Positions 10,215 to 18,656 of a DNA stretch of 64,000 nt are shown in pieces. Below the pieces are notes generated by a model that made no database searches, was not told where the DNA came from, and worked only from the letters and a program-made list of their open reading frames with translations. Both the position numbers and the translations under genes were made by a program. Each line of letters begins with the position of its first letter. The stretch's first letter is position 1. The stretch comes from Candidatus Latescibacterota bacterium (GTDB taxonomy: Bacteria > Latescibacterota > UBA2968). Location of the stretch: positions 1,440,001 to 1,504,000 of the forward strand of contig OZ242010.1 of assembly GCA_965204745.1 (NCBI GenBank), in the 5' to 3' direction.

Positions 10215-11015
10215 ATGCTAATCGACACAAATGCTTGGCTCGGCACATGGCCTTTTCGATCCCTGCGCGACAACACGCCGCACGCGCTGATCGCCCGCAT
10301 GGATCGCTCGGGCATTGACAAAGCTGTCGTCTCGTACATCGAAGCCGCGTTTCACCGGCATCCGCAATCCGCGAATGAACGGCTCGCACGCGACATCGAA
10401 CCGCATGGGCATCGCCTCATTCCCTTGGGCACGCTCAACCCCCTGTCGCCGCATTGGGAGCAAGACCTGACCGCGTGCATCGCCCTGGGCATGAAAGGCA
10501 TTCGCCTGTTTCCGCAATACCACAAGTACCCGACCGATGGCGCGGAAATCCGAAATGCGGTGCAAGCCTGCGCCGAACACGCGCTCCCGGTCTTCATCCC
10601 GCACAGGCTCGAAGACGTGCGTCAGCACCACTGGATGGACCCGGGCCACAGCATGGACTTGGCACACCTCGCGGACCTCATCGCTGCGGTACCCGATGCC
10701 GCGATCATCATCTCCAATGCCCGTCCGCTCGCGCGCTCGCCCCTCTGGATGCGCGAAGACCTGCGCGACTTGAATTGGTATGTCGATCTCTCGCTCGCTG
10801 AAATTCACTATGGCCTGCACAGAAATACCAACGCGATGAAAGACCTCGCGTACCTCATCGAAGAAGGCGGCGCGAACCATCTCCTCTTTGGCACGCACCT
10901 GCCCATCTCCTACGCAGGCCCTGCCCTGGTCAAACTCGCCCTTCTGCCCGTGGATGACAAAACCCGCGAAAACATCGCCCACCGCACCGCCGCCAAACTC
11001 CTGAATCTCATGTAG
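10215..11015 (+). CDS. Amidohydrolase_2 family protein
   Basis: MLIDTNAWLG..MDRSGIDKAV..GMKGIRLFP..LLFGT. Confidence 0.85.
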   Translation: MLIDTNAWLGTWPFRSLRDNTPHALIARMDRSGIDKAVVSYIEAAFHRHPQSANERLARDIEPHGHRLIPLGTLNPLSPHWEQDLTACIALGMKGIRLFPQYHKYPTDGAEIRNAVQACAEHALPVFIPHRLEDVRQHHWMDPGHSMDLAHLADLIAAVPDAAIIISNARPLARSPLWMREDLRDLNWYVDLSLAEIHYGLHRNTNAMKDLAYLIEEGGANHLLFGTHLPISYAGPALVKLALLPVDDKTRENIAHRTAAKLLNLM

Positions 11016-11069
11016 AGATAATTCGGACAAGGGAGTTGTCCTCCCATCCTTTCTCAAGGAGAGATCAGC

Positions 11070-12122
11070 ATGTTCAACGCCCGCATTCCCAAACGCGCAC
11101 AAACCACCGTGCAATTCAACGGCATCACCTGCGGCGCATCGCCCTCGGAACACGGGCCTATCGGCGGGGGGCAGGGCTACAAACGCCCAATCGCGCCGGT
11201 TGCCCCGCTTGTCAAAACCCTCGACGAATTGCTCCACGCACTTGCAAAAGCGCGGTCGGGCGATGTGGTATTCGTCGCGCCACAGGCCACTATCGACTGC
11301 ACAGAGCGCGTATATATCGAAAAACTCGTGCTCGAAATCCCCGAAGGCGTCACCCTTGCCAGCAACCGGGGGCAAAACAACGCGCCCGGCGGGATGATCG
11401 CCAGCGACACCTTTGACACGCGCCCCCTGATCCGCGCCTGCGGCCCCAATGTGCGCGTCACGGGCCTCCGCGTTCGCGGCCCCAATCCCAAACCCTGTCT
11501 CGAGCATCACCACCGATCTTTTGCCGAAGGTCGGGGGCACGAGTACTATTACAAATTCCCCACCTCTGACGGTATCTACACCAAACACGACCACCTCGAA
11601 GTCGATAACTGCGAACTCGCCGGCTGGAGCCAATCGGCCATCTCCTTGATCCGCGGATGTGGACATTTCATCCATCACAATTTCATCCACCACAACCAGT
11701 ACAATGGCCTTGGATACGGCATCGCCCACGACATCGCGCAATCCCTGATTTCCCACAACCTCTTCAACACCAACCGGCATTCAATAGCGGGCACGGGCCG
11801 CTCCGGCAGTGGATACGAAGCGCGTCACAATATCGAACTCGGTCAATCCCTCAGCCATTGTTTTGACATGCACGGCGGGCGAGACCGCAAAGACGACACC
11901 ACCATTGCGGGGACGTGGATGCACATTCACCACAACACCTTCTTCTGTCCAAAAACCGCGGTCGTCATTCGCGGCATCCCAGAAGAACGCGCCGACATTC
12001 ACCACAATTGGTTCTATCAATCCCCGCACGACCTGTCCATCCGCTCCGACGGCAACACCACCATCCACCACAACGCCTACGGCCTCCACACCCCCCAATA
12101 CCGCGCCACCGCAAAAATCTAA
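11070..12122 (+). CDS. Right-handed parallel beta-helix protein
   Basis: Repeated IHHNFIHHN, ISHNLF, IHHNTF strands; HCFDMHG. Confidence 0.75.
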   Translation: MFNARIPKRAQTTVQFNGITCGASPSEHGPIGGGQGYKRPIAPVAPLVKTLDELLHALAKARSGDVVFVAPQATIDCTERVYIEKLVLEIPEGVTLASNRGQNNAPGGMIASDTFDTRPLIRACGPNVRVTGLRVRGPNPKPCLEHHHRSFAEGRGHEYYYKFPTSDGIYTKHDHLEVDNCELAGWSQSAISLIRGCGHFIHHNFIHHNQYNGLGYGIAHDIAQSLISHNLFNTNRHSIAGTGRSGSGYEARHNIELGQSLSHCFDMHGGRDRKDDTTIAGTWMHIHHNTFFCPKTAVVIRGIPEERADIHHNWFYQSPHDLSIRSDGNTTIHHNAYGLHTPQYRATAKI

Positions 12123-12140
12123 CCCCGCATTCTCAACCAA

Positions 12141-12180
12141 AAAAACGCCCCTGTCTCCTCAGTCGAAACAGGGGCGTTTG
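12141..12180. terminator. Likely bidirectional intrinsic terminator between convergent genes
   Basis: AAACGCCCCTGT..ACAGGGGCGTTT stem with an A-run on the left. Confidence 0.7.
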
Positions 12181-12203
12181 CGTTGGTATCATTATGCGTT
12201 GGT

Positions 12204-12611
12204 TTAGTCTCCGAACTTGAACAAGATCAGCGTGCCGAGGGTCAACAGCGTTGTGATCTGAATGCCCACAATCCAGCACAAGGCCGTAAAAAAACGGGCT
12301 TCAAGGTTGGTCAAGCGGGTGTCAATGCTGTTGATTTGCCGACTTTGCTGGTCCGCGCTACCTTCCATGCGGCTCATGCGATCTGACAAGTCGAGTTGGC
12401 TTTGCATCAGGTCGCGCTGGCTTTGTTCAATGCTGTTTTGTCTTTGAACGATCTGCCCCATGGTGCCTTCCATGTGGCTCATGCGATCTGACAAGTCGCG
12501 TTGCATGGACGCGATGTCGTTCAATTGTCGCAAGATCTGCTCCAGGACGCCTTCCCGTCGTTGCGTAGGGACCTCCAATTCGGCGATAGGGCTTTCTGCG
12601 GTGCTTTGCAT
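12204..12611 (-). CDS. Small coiled-coil protein with C-terminal TM helix (DUF1640/CCDC90-like)
   Basis: Heptad repeats with duplicated DLSDRMSxMEG; hydrophobic C-terminus; AAGGAG RBS before ATG 12611. Confidence 0.7.
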   Translation of the reverse strand: MQSTAESPIAELEVPTQRREGVLEQILRQLNDIASMQRDLSDRMSHMEGTMGQIVQRQNSIEQSQRDLMQSQLDLSDRMSRMEGSADQQSRQINSIDTRLTNLEARFFTALCWIVGIQITTLLTLGTLILFKFGD

Positions 12612-12681
12612 GGTGTTCTCCTTTTGTCGTGGGGTGCATCTCCGATGGGTTGGGTACATCGCATTTTCAACTGCGCCGATC

Positions 12682-14292
12682 TCATACTTCTTTGCACGGC
12701 TTTCGCACAATCACGAGATTGAGCGTGGGGTCGCAAAGCGCGTCTCGGAAAACCGCGCGCATGCGGGCGTCCGTATCTTCTGCTTGCACCTCGCGCACTT
12801 GCGACACGCCGCACGCGAGAGCGAGATCGCGCATCGCAACCTGCGGGCCTGTTTCGCCATCGATGTGAACGCCCGTGTCCGGCGTGGTCTGTCCGCCCGT
12901 GGTGAGGGAACCGCCATTGTCGAGCACCATCACAATGGGCGTTGCCCCTGTTGCGCGCGCATGCACCAGCGCGTTGATGCCGCTGTGGTAAAAGGCCGAG
13001 TCCCCGCAGATCGCTATGGCGCGTTCGGCGATATCGGTTTTGCCCAAGCCGCACGCCACGCCAATGGCCGACCCCATCGACAATTTGGTGTCGAGCATGG
13101 GCGCGGCCATCACAACGCAGCCCGGATCCGCGGAAATAAAGGGATTTTGACCGAGGCGTTGGGCCTCATCGCGCAGGGCAGAAATGATCTCTGGGAATGG
13201 GCAACCCGCGCAGTGGTTTTTGCGAAACGGCTTTTCTCGTTCCCAATCCTCCTCTGTGTAGCGCGTGCGCGGCGAGAACCCCGGCACGTACGCGTCGAGC
13301 GCGTTTTGCATCTGCCAGCGGAAGAGTTCGCCCACGCCTGGGACGTGCCCAGTGCGTTTCCCGAAAATGGCCGGGGTAAAACCCGCGTCGTACCCAATGG
13401 CCTTGATATTGTCCTCGATATAGGGATCGACCTCCTCAAACACGAGCACCTCGTCACACCTTGCGAGAAAGTCTGCAATGAGTTGGTTGGGCAGGGGATA
13501 GAGCGCGCTGAGTTTGAGGATCGAGAGATCAGCGGTACTTGCTCCTTCAAGTGCGTCTCGCAATTTGGCATGCACCATGCCCGCGGCGATGATGCCCTTT
13601 TTCCCCGCGCCATCTATGCGGTTGAAGGGCAGGTCGTTAAACTGCGCCGTGGCGCGGGCGATCTTGGCGTGCAATTTTGCGTGGTTGCCCTCGGTTGTCC
13701 GCAACGCCGATATCCAACTCATCGGCTGCCGATCCGGTTCGCGGGTGGGGCGTTCTGCCGGCGGATGAAAGCCCGAGCGCGCCTCGGTGCTCACGCTATA
13801 ACTCCGGGTCAAGCGCAAGATCACGATGGATTGCAAGTGCTCGGAATAGTCAAACGCCCATTTCATCATCTCGCGGCCTTCCCCCGGCGTGCTCGGTTCG
13901 AGCATGGGCAACTCGGCCAAGGGCCCGAGCGTGCGCGTGTCCTGCTCGTTTTGCGACCCCCACGCGCCCGGATCATCGCCCATCGCGATCACCAGCCCGG
14001 CGTGTACCCCGGTCATGTTGAGCACCATCAGGGTATCGAGCGCGACATTCATCCCCACGCTTTTGAGACACACGAGCGCGCGCTTGCCGCCTTGAGACGC
14101 GCCCGCCGCCATGTCCAGCGCGATGCGTTCATTGATGCACCATTCGGCGCGATGCCCATAGTCCTTCGCCATTTCGGCCATTGCATTAAACGTATTTGTG
14201 CCGGGCGAACCGGGATACCCTGTCACGACACCGACCCCCGCTTCAACCGCACCCCATGCCAGCGCGCGTTCTCCATCAATAAGTTGCGTCAT
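12682..14292 (-). CDS. iorA: Indolepyruvate:ferredoxin oxidoreductase alpha-subunit-like TPP enzyme
   Basis: GYPGSP, WCINE, KSVGMNVALD, SQNEQDTR, CAGCP and GDSAFYHSG TPP motif. Confidence 0.82.
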   Translation of the reverse strand: MTQLIDGERALAWGAVEAGVGVVTGYPGSPGTNTFNAMAEMAKDYGHRAEWCINERIALDMAAGASQGGKRALVCLKSVGMNVALDTLMVLNMTGVHAGLVIAMGDDPGAWGSQNEQDTRTLGPLAELPMLEPSTPGEGREMMKWAFDYSEHLQSIVILRLTRSYSVSTEARSGFHPPAERPTREPDRQPMSWISALRTTEGNHAKLHAKIARATAQFNDLPFNRIDGAGKKGIIAAGMVHAKLRDALEGASTADLSILKLSALYPLPNQLIADFLARCDEVLVFEEVDPYIEDNIKAIGYDAGFTPAIFGKRTGHVPGVGELFRWQMQNALDAYVPGFSPRTRYTEEDWEREKPFRKNHCAGCPFPEIISALRDEAQRLGQNPFISADPGCVVMAAPMLDTKLSMGSAIGVACGLGKTDIAERAIAICGDSAFYHSGINALVHARATGATPIVMVLDNGGSLTTGGQTTPDTGVHIDGETGPQVAMRDLALACGVSQVREVQAEDTDARMRAVFRDALCDPTLNLVIVRKPCKEV

Positions 14293-14362
14293 GGTCACAC
14301 TCCAAAAAATCGGTGAAAAATTCGCGTACCGCCAAATAGTAAAACGCGCCACCGCGGATTTG

Positions 14363-16327
14363 TCAAGCACTCATATTGCCATTCAAACGGGACGAGAAAT
14401 CGATCAACGCGCCGTTTTTCACGCGGTCGCGTTGGATGGTCAGCGTGGCTTCGGGATGGCGTGCGTACGCGGCTTCGGCCCAAGACGTGTCGAACGCATC
14501 GCCCGCATTGTGCAACAGCAAATTGTTCGGCGCGACCAGTGCGGCGGCATTGGGCAACCCGCCGACCTTGAGAATGCCGGGAATGGGCAAGCGATGGAGA
14601 TAGTCGTCCTCGCGCCCCGTGTCAAACGCACCGACATCGCACGCGAGTTGCAAATCCGCGCGTTCTGAAATCGCCCCGGCGATCAACGCCCAAAGCCCGG
14701 CCCGTCCAAAGCCCGCGATAGTCAGCGGGCCGCTGGGAACATGGCGCAACGCCAGCAAAATATCGCCCACGCGCTCGGCATCGTCCGTTCGGTTAAACGT
14801 ATTGAAAAACGGACTGCTGCCGCGTGGCTCCTCCGGATTTTCCTCTCCGACATTGCGCCCCACACCGAACAGATCAACCGCATAAACCGTCTGCCCCTGG
14901 TCGAGCAAGGCGCGAATTATGGGCGAATACAGCGCGTCCATGCCGCGCGGGTGGAGCAACAGCGCGGAGGTGTCAGAAGGCGCGGCCGGCACAAAAGTGC
15001 GAATGGGCACGCGACTGCCGCGGCGACTGCCGATCAGGATGCCATCCTCGCAGGGCATAGCCGCGAACCGCGTTCCCGCATCGCGTTCATAAACCACCGC
15101 GCTATCGCCATACCCAACCGCGACGCGCAATGCCTGACCGAGCACGCGCCGATTCTCCGCTAGGGCACGACTTGGGCGATAGGCTTCCAGCGCGGTCTTG
15201 GACGCTGTTATGCACTGTTGGATCAGGTCTTCATGTCGCGTGATCGCGCCATCGGGCAGGCCGTCGAAAAACGCGAGCATGTCTTTGTGTTCCTCGACTT
15301 CAAACGCCGGCTCGACAAAATCGTCGCCAACCGGCAGGTCGAGCCACTTGGCGAACCAGCGATACACGGCTTCGCGCATGTCGAGATCGTACCCGTGCGG
15401 CGCGTCGATTTGGATTTGCGAAACGCAATCCCCCGCGTCATAAAGGTCGTAAATCCGCTTGATCGCGGGGTATTCCACCGTTGGCGTGTGTTGCGTCCAA
15501 TCCTGGGCGGAACTGACCAACAGGAGCGGCTTGGGTGCAAATGTCGCGCCGATATCGACATTGTGCGTATCGACCCGCAACGAGGGCGCGTTTTCGCAAA
15601 CACACCCCCCTTGCATGAAGGCCGAGACCATGCACACCGGCGCGGCCACCTGCAACCGGTCGTCAACCGCGTAAAGATTGTACGTTTGCGTGCCCCCGCC
15701 GGACTCGCCCGTGCAACCCAAGCGGGCCGCATCGACCTCGGGCAATTCGCAGAGGAAGTCGAGGGCGCGGATGCCGTTCCAAAGTTGCAACCCCAAAATG
15801 CCGATGTTCCACAGCATGCGCTCGTCTTGCTCGTGTGCCCACGGCGCGCGGTGGACGACGCCGTAAGTCTCTTCTTGATACGCCCCGGACAAATGGCGTG
15901 CGCTGTCGTTGTAATCGACCATATCCCACATAAACGCCGTGCATCCCATGCGGGCAAAGGTAATGCCGCGTGCGGGGTAGGATGTGTCCCCGTGTTGCAG
16001 GCGCCCGAGTTTGGCATGCCCGTGCGGACTGAGGATGCCGGGATGGCTGTTGGGCTTTGGATCCACCGGGCGAAAGAGGCTACCGCCCACGTAAAAATTG
16101 GGCAGGCTTTGGAAATGGGCTTTTTCTATGGTGTACCCATCGCGCTCGACGCGGTCAAAAATGCGAATCTCGAGTGGGGGCTTTTCCGGCATGGGCCAAA
16201 GCCCGGCCGCAAACAGAACTTGCGTTCTCAACCGCGCTCGTTCCCGTTCCCACGTCTCGCGGTCCGGATATGTTTTGGGCGCGAATTTCGCGTGCGTATG
16301 CGGAAGATTTTGCCAGCGTGGATCCAT
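14363..16327 (-). CDS. Acetyl xylan esterase-like alpha/beta hydrolase (two-domain)
   Basis: PHGH, GCTGESGGGTQT nucleophile elbow, GGCVCEN. Confidence 0.82.
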   Translation of the reverse strand: MDPRWQNLPHTHAKFAPKTYPDRETWERERARLRTQVLFAAGLWPMPEKPPLEIRIFDRVERDGYTIEKAHFQSLPNFYVGGSLFRPVDPKPNSHPGILSPHGHAKLGRLQHGDTSYPARGITFARMGCTAFMWDMVDYNDSARHLSGAYQEETYGVVHRAPWAHEQDERMLWNIGILGLQLWNGIRALDFLCELPEVDAARLGCTGESGGGTQTYNLYAVDDRLQVAAPVCMVSAFMQGGCVCENAPSLRVDTHNVDIGATFAPKPLLLVSSAQDWTQHTPTVEYPAIKRIYDLYDAGDCVSQIQIDAPHGYDLDMREAVYRWFAKWLDLPVGDDFVEPAFEVEEHKDMLAFFDGLPDGAITRHEDLIQQCITASKTALEAYRPSRALAENRRVLGQALRVAVGYGDSAVVYERDAGTRFAAMPCEDGILIGSRRGSRVPIRTFVPAAPSDTSALLLHPRGMDALYSPIIRALLDQGQTVYAVDLFGVGRNVGEENPEEPRGSSPFFNTFNRTDDAERVGDILLALRHVPSGPLTIAGFGRAGLWALIAGAISERADLQLACDVGAFDTGREDDYLHRLPIPGILKVGGLPNAAALVAPNNLLLHNAGDAFDTSWAEAAYARHPEATLTIQRDRVKNGALIDFSSRLNGNMSA

Positions 16328-16337
16328 GGGGTACTCC

Positions 16338-16640
16338 TGTCAGTGGTCAGTTCCCACCCCGCACAACCCCCTTCGGTGAGAGGTGAGACGGGAGAGGTGA
16401 GACGGGAGAGGCAAGACGGGAGAGGCAAGACGGGAGAGGTAAGCGGTAAGAGGCGAGGATAGAAACGTAGGGGCGATGCCCCTGTGCCCGCCCGAAGATA
16501 AGGGCAGTGGTCAGTGGTCAGTGGTCAGTAGTCAGTCCCCGCCCAACAACCCCAAAAGGCGAGAAGCGAATTGTAGGGGCGATGCCCCCGTGCCCGCCCG
16601 AAGATAAGGGCAGTGGGCAGTGGTCAGTCCGCCCCGCACA
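16338..16640 (+). repeat. BIME-like mosaic of heptamer tandem repeats plus two GTAG REPs (16467, 16573)
   Basis: (cagtggt)n and (gagacgg/gagaggc)n runs; 16467-16625 closely matches 62049-62199. Confidence 0.8.
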
Positions 16641-16695
16641 ACCGCCCCAAGGTGATTGCTGGATTCTCCGTTGCCTCCCGTTCCGTAGATTCGCA

Positions 16696-17298
16696 TCACG
16701 CCTTTGCGCGTGCGAGAAAATCCCGCACCTTTTTGTGATCCTTTTTGCCCGGTTCGGCTTCTACACCGCTGCTCGTATCGACCGCATAAGGGGCCACTTG
16801 TTCAATCGCTTCTCGCACATTGTCCGGATTTAGCCCGCCGGAGAGGATGATGCGCCCATAATTTTTGGCTTCTCGCGCCTTTGCCCAATCAAATGTCTCG
16901 CCCGTGCCGCCGTAAGAACCTGCCCGCGCCGTATCCAACAAAAACGTGCGGACCGGATAAGATCGCAGGGCCAGCGCGTCAAACTCGTTGCCTACGCGCA
17001 ACGTACGAATCACGGGGACATCATGTCCCAAACACGCTTCCGGGGGTTCGTCGCCGTGCAACTGAATCGTGCGCAAGCCCGCCAATTTCACAGTGGCAGC
17101 GATGTGCGGCGCGTTGACAAACACGCCCACGGGCGTTACAAACGGGGGCAAATCGCAAATGATCTCCGCGGCTTTTTCCGGCGCGACATAGCGCGGGCTC
17201 TTTTCGTAAAAAATGAAGCCCAACGCATCTGCGCCGCACTTGACCGCGCACAGCGCGTCCTCGCGGCTTGTAATGCCACAAATTTTAGCATGCACCAT
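16696..17298 (-). CDS. trpF: Phosphoribosylanthranilate isomerase
   Basis: KICGIT, GADALGFIF, QLHGDE, GGTGETFDW, GGLNPDNV, VDTSSGVE. Confidence 0.96.
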   Translation of the reverse strand: MVHAKICGITSREDALCAVKCGADALGFIFYEKSPRYVAPEKAAEIICDLPPFVTPVGVFVNAPHIAATVKLAGLRTIQLHGDEPPEACLGHDVPVIRTLRVGNEFDALALRSYPVRTFLLDTARAGSYGGTGETFDWAKAREAKNYGRIILSGGLNPDNVREAIEQVAPYAVDTSSGVEAEPGKKDHKKVRDFLARAKA

Positions 17299-18079
17299 AG
17301 CCCAATAGCTCCCGCAACTTGCCGCCTACATCTGAGGCGCGCATCAAACTTTCGCCCACCAACACCGCATCTGCGCCCGCGTCTTTGAGTGCTGCGACAT
17401 CTTCGCGCGTGTCAATACCGCTTTCGCTGATCTTCAGGATGCCCTTGGGGATATGTGGGATCAGCGCGTAAGTCGTGTCCAAAGACGTTTCAAAGGTCTT
17501 CAAATTCCGATTGTTGATCCCGATCATCTCCGCGCCCGCGTCGAGGGCGATAGTCAATTCCTCTCGGTCATGGACTTCCACCAGCGCGTCCAGGCCCAAG
17601 GCCCGACTCGTCGCCAAAAATGCGGCTAGTTCATCGGGCGTTAAAATCGCCACAATCAGCAGCACAGCCGACGCGCCCAAGGCCCGCGCTTCGCAAATCT
17701 GATAGGGGTCTATCGTGAAATCCTTTCGCAAAATGGGGCGATCCACAACGCTCGCAATGCGCGTCAAATCACCTGCGGACCCGCCAAAGAATTTCTCATC
17801 CGTCAACACGGACAGGGCGGCGGCCCCATTTTTTGTGTAAATTTTCGCAATGCCCACCGCGTCAAAATCCGCACGGATCACGCCCTTGGATGGCGACGCC
17901 TTTTTGACCTCGGCCATGATCGCGATATCGCCCGCATCCATCAGCCCATCAAAAAGCGATGGCACAGGCGGCGCGCTTTCCGCCAACCGCATCATCTCAT
18001 CCCGCGACGTCTGCGCCATGCACTCGGAGAGAAATCCGCGCTTGTAAGCCACGATTTTATCAAGAATTGTTTTTGCCAT
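17285..18079 (-). CDS. trpC: Indole-3-glycerol phosphate synthase
   Basis: AEVKKASPSKG, LSVLTDEKFFGGS, LRKDF, GINNRNL, SESGI. Confidence 0.96.
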   Translation of the reverse strand: MAKTILDKIVAYKRGFLSECMAQTSRDEMMRLAESAPPVPSLFDGLMDAGDIAIMAEVKKASPSKGVIRADFDAVGIAKIYTKNGAAALSVLTDEKFFGGSAGDLTRIASVVDRPILRKDFTIDPYQICEARALGASAVLLIVAILTPDELAAFLATSRALGLDALVEVHDREELTIALDAGAEMIGINNRNLKTFETSLDTTYALIPHIPKGILKISESGIDTREDVAALKDAGADAVLVGESLMRASDVGGKLRELLGYGAC

Positions 18080-18499
18080 ATCGTCACGTCCGATCTACGG
18101 AACGGGATATATACCAATTTGATTTTTAGTTGTGGTAACATTTTATTTTTTGATGTTACGCACAGATTAGCAAGTGTTGCTTGCTCATTTAAGGCGTTTG
18201 GTCATACAACCTCGTTGGTTGCCTTTGATGCCTTCGGCGTCAAACGCTCAAATTATTCGCGTTTTCATACTTTTTTTCAAGAAAAAAAAGTAGCCAAAAA
18301 ATGCCGCTCTCAAACGCCGAGAGGCTTGCACAGCGCAAAGCACTTTTGTAACAGCACAATATGCGCCAGCCTGCAAGGTGGATTGCAAGATGGATGTAGG
18401 TTGCCAGACGGCCTTGCGCGCTGCGCGTGATGGCTTGATCGGAGGGTGTTTTGCGAGGGCACTTATTGGGATGCCTTCAATGAGCGTGGTAGCAAAAGG

Positions 18500-18595
18500 C
18501 GAGAAATCTGAAGGAGCGACTGTTCCAATTTCTCAAACCGAGAGCATATTCTGCGATAGGGCTTGATCTTCTCGATAAGCCGCCTCATTCCGTTG
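18500..18595 (-). pseudogene. IS5-family transposase C-terminal remnant
   Basis: RRLIEKIKPYRRICSRFEKL resembles the IS5 C-terminal K.K.YRRI.TR(F/Y)EKL motif. Confidence 0.55.
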
Positions 18596-18624
18596 CATGG
18601 CTCGCAAATGTCAACACAACCTAG

Positions 18625-18649
18625 TCCCGACGACTTGCAACGTCGGGAC
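18625..18649. terminator. Hairpin just beyond the CRISPR trailer
   Basis: GTCCCGACG..CGTCGGGAC perfect 9-bp stem. Confidence 0.45.
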
Positions 18650-18656
18650 ATAACCG

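Noticed and set aside
12460-14316. Long antisense ORFs (also 10218-11780, 35101-36516, 52420-54342)
   Set aside because: Shadow ORFs opposite well-supported genes in GC-rich DNA
18119-18460. AT-rich region with a TACTTTTTTT..AAAAAAAAGTA inverted repeat and short ORFs
   Set aside because: Single copy in the window; cannot be supported as a gene or MITE, and may be the trpC promoter region
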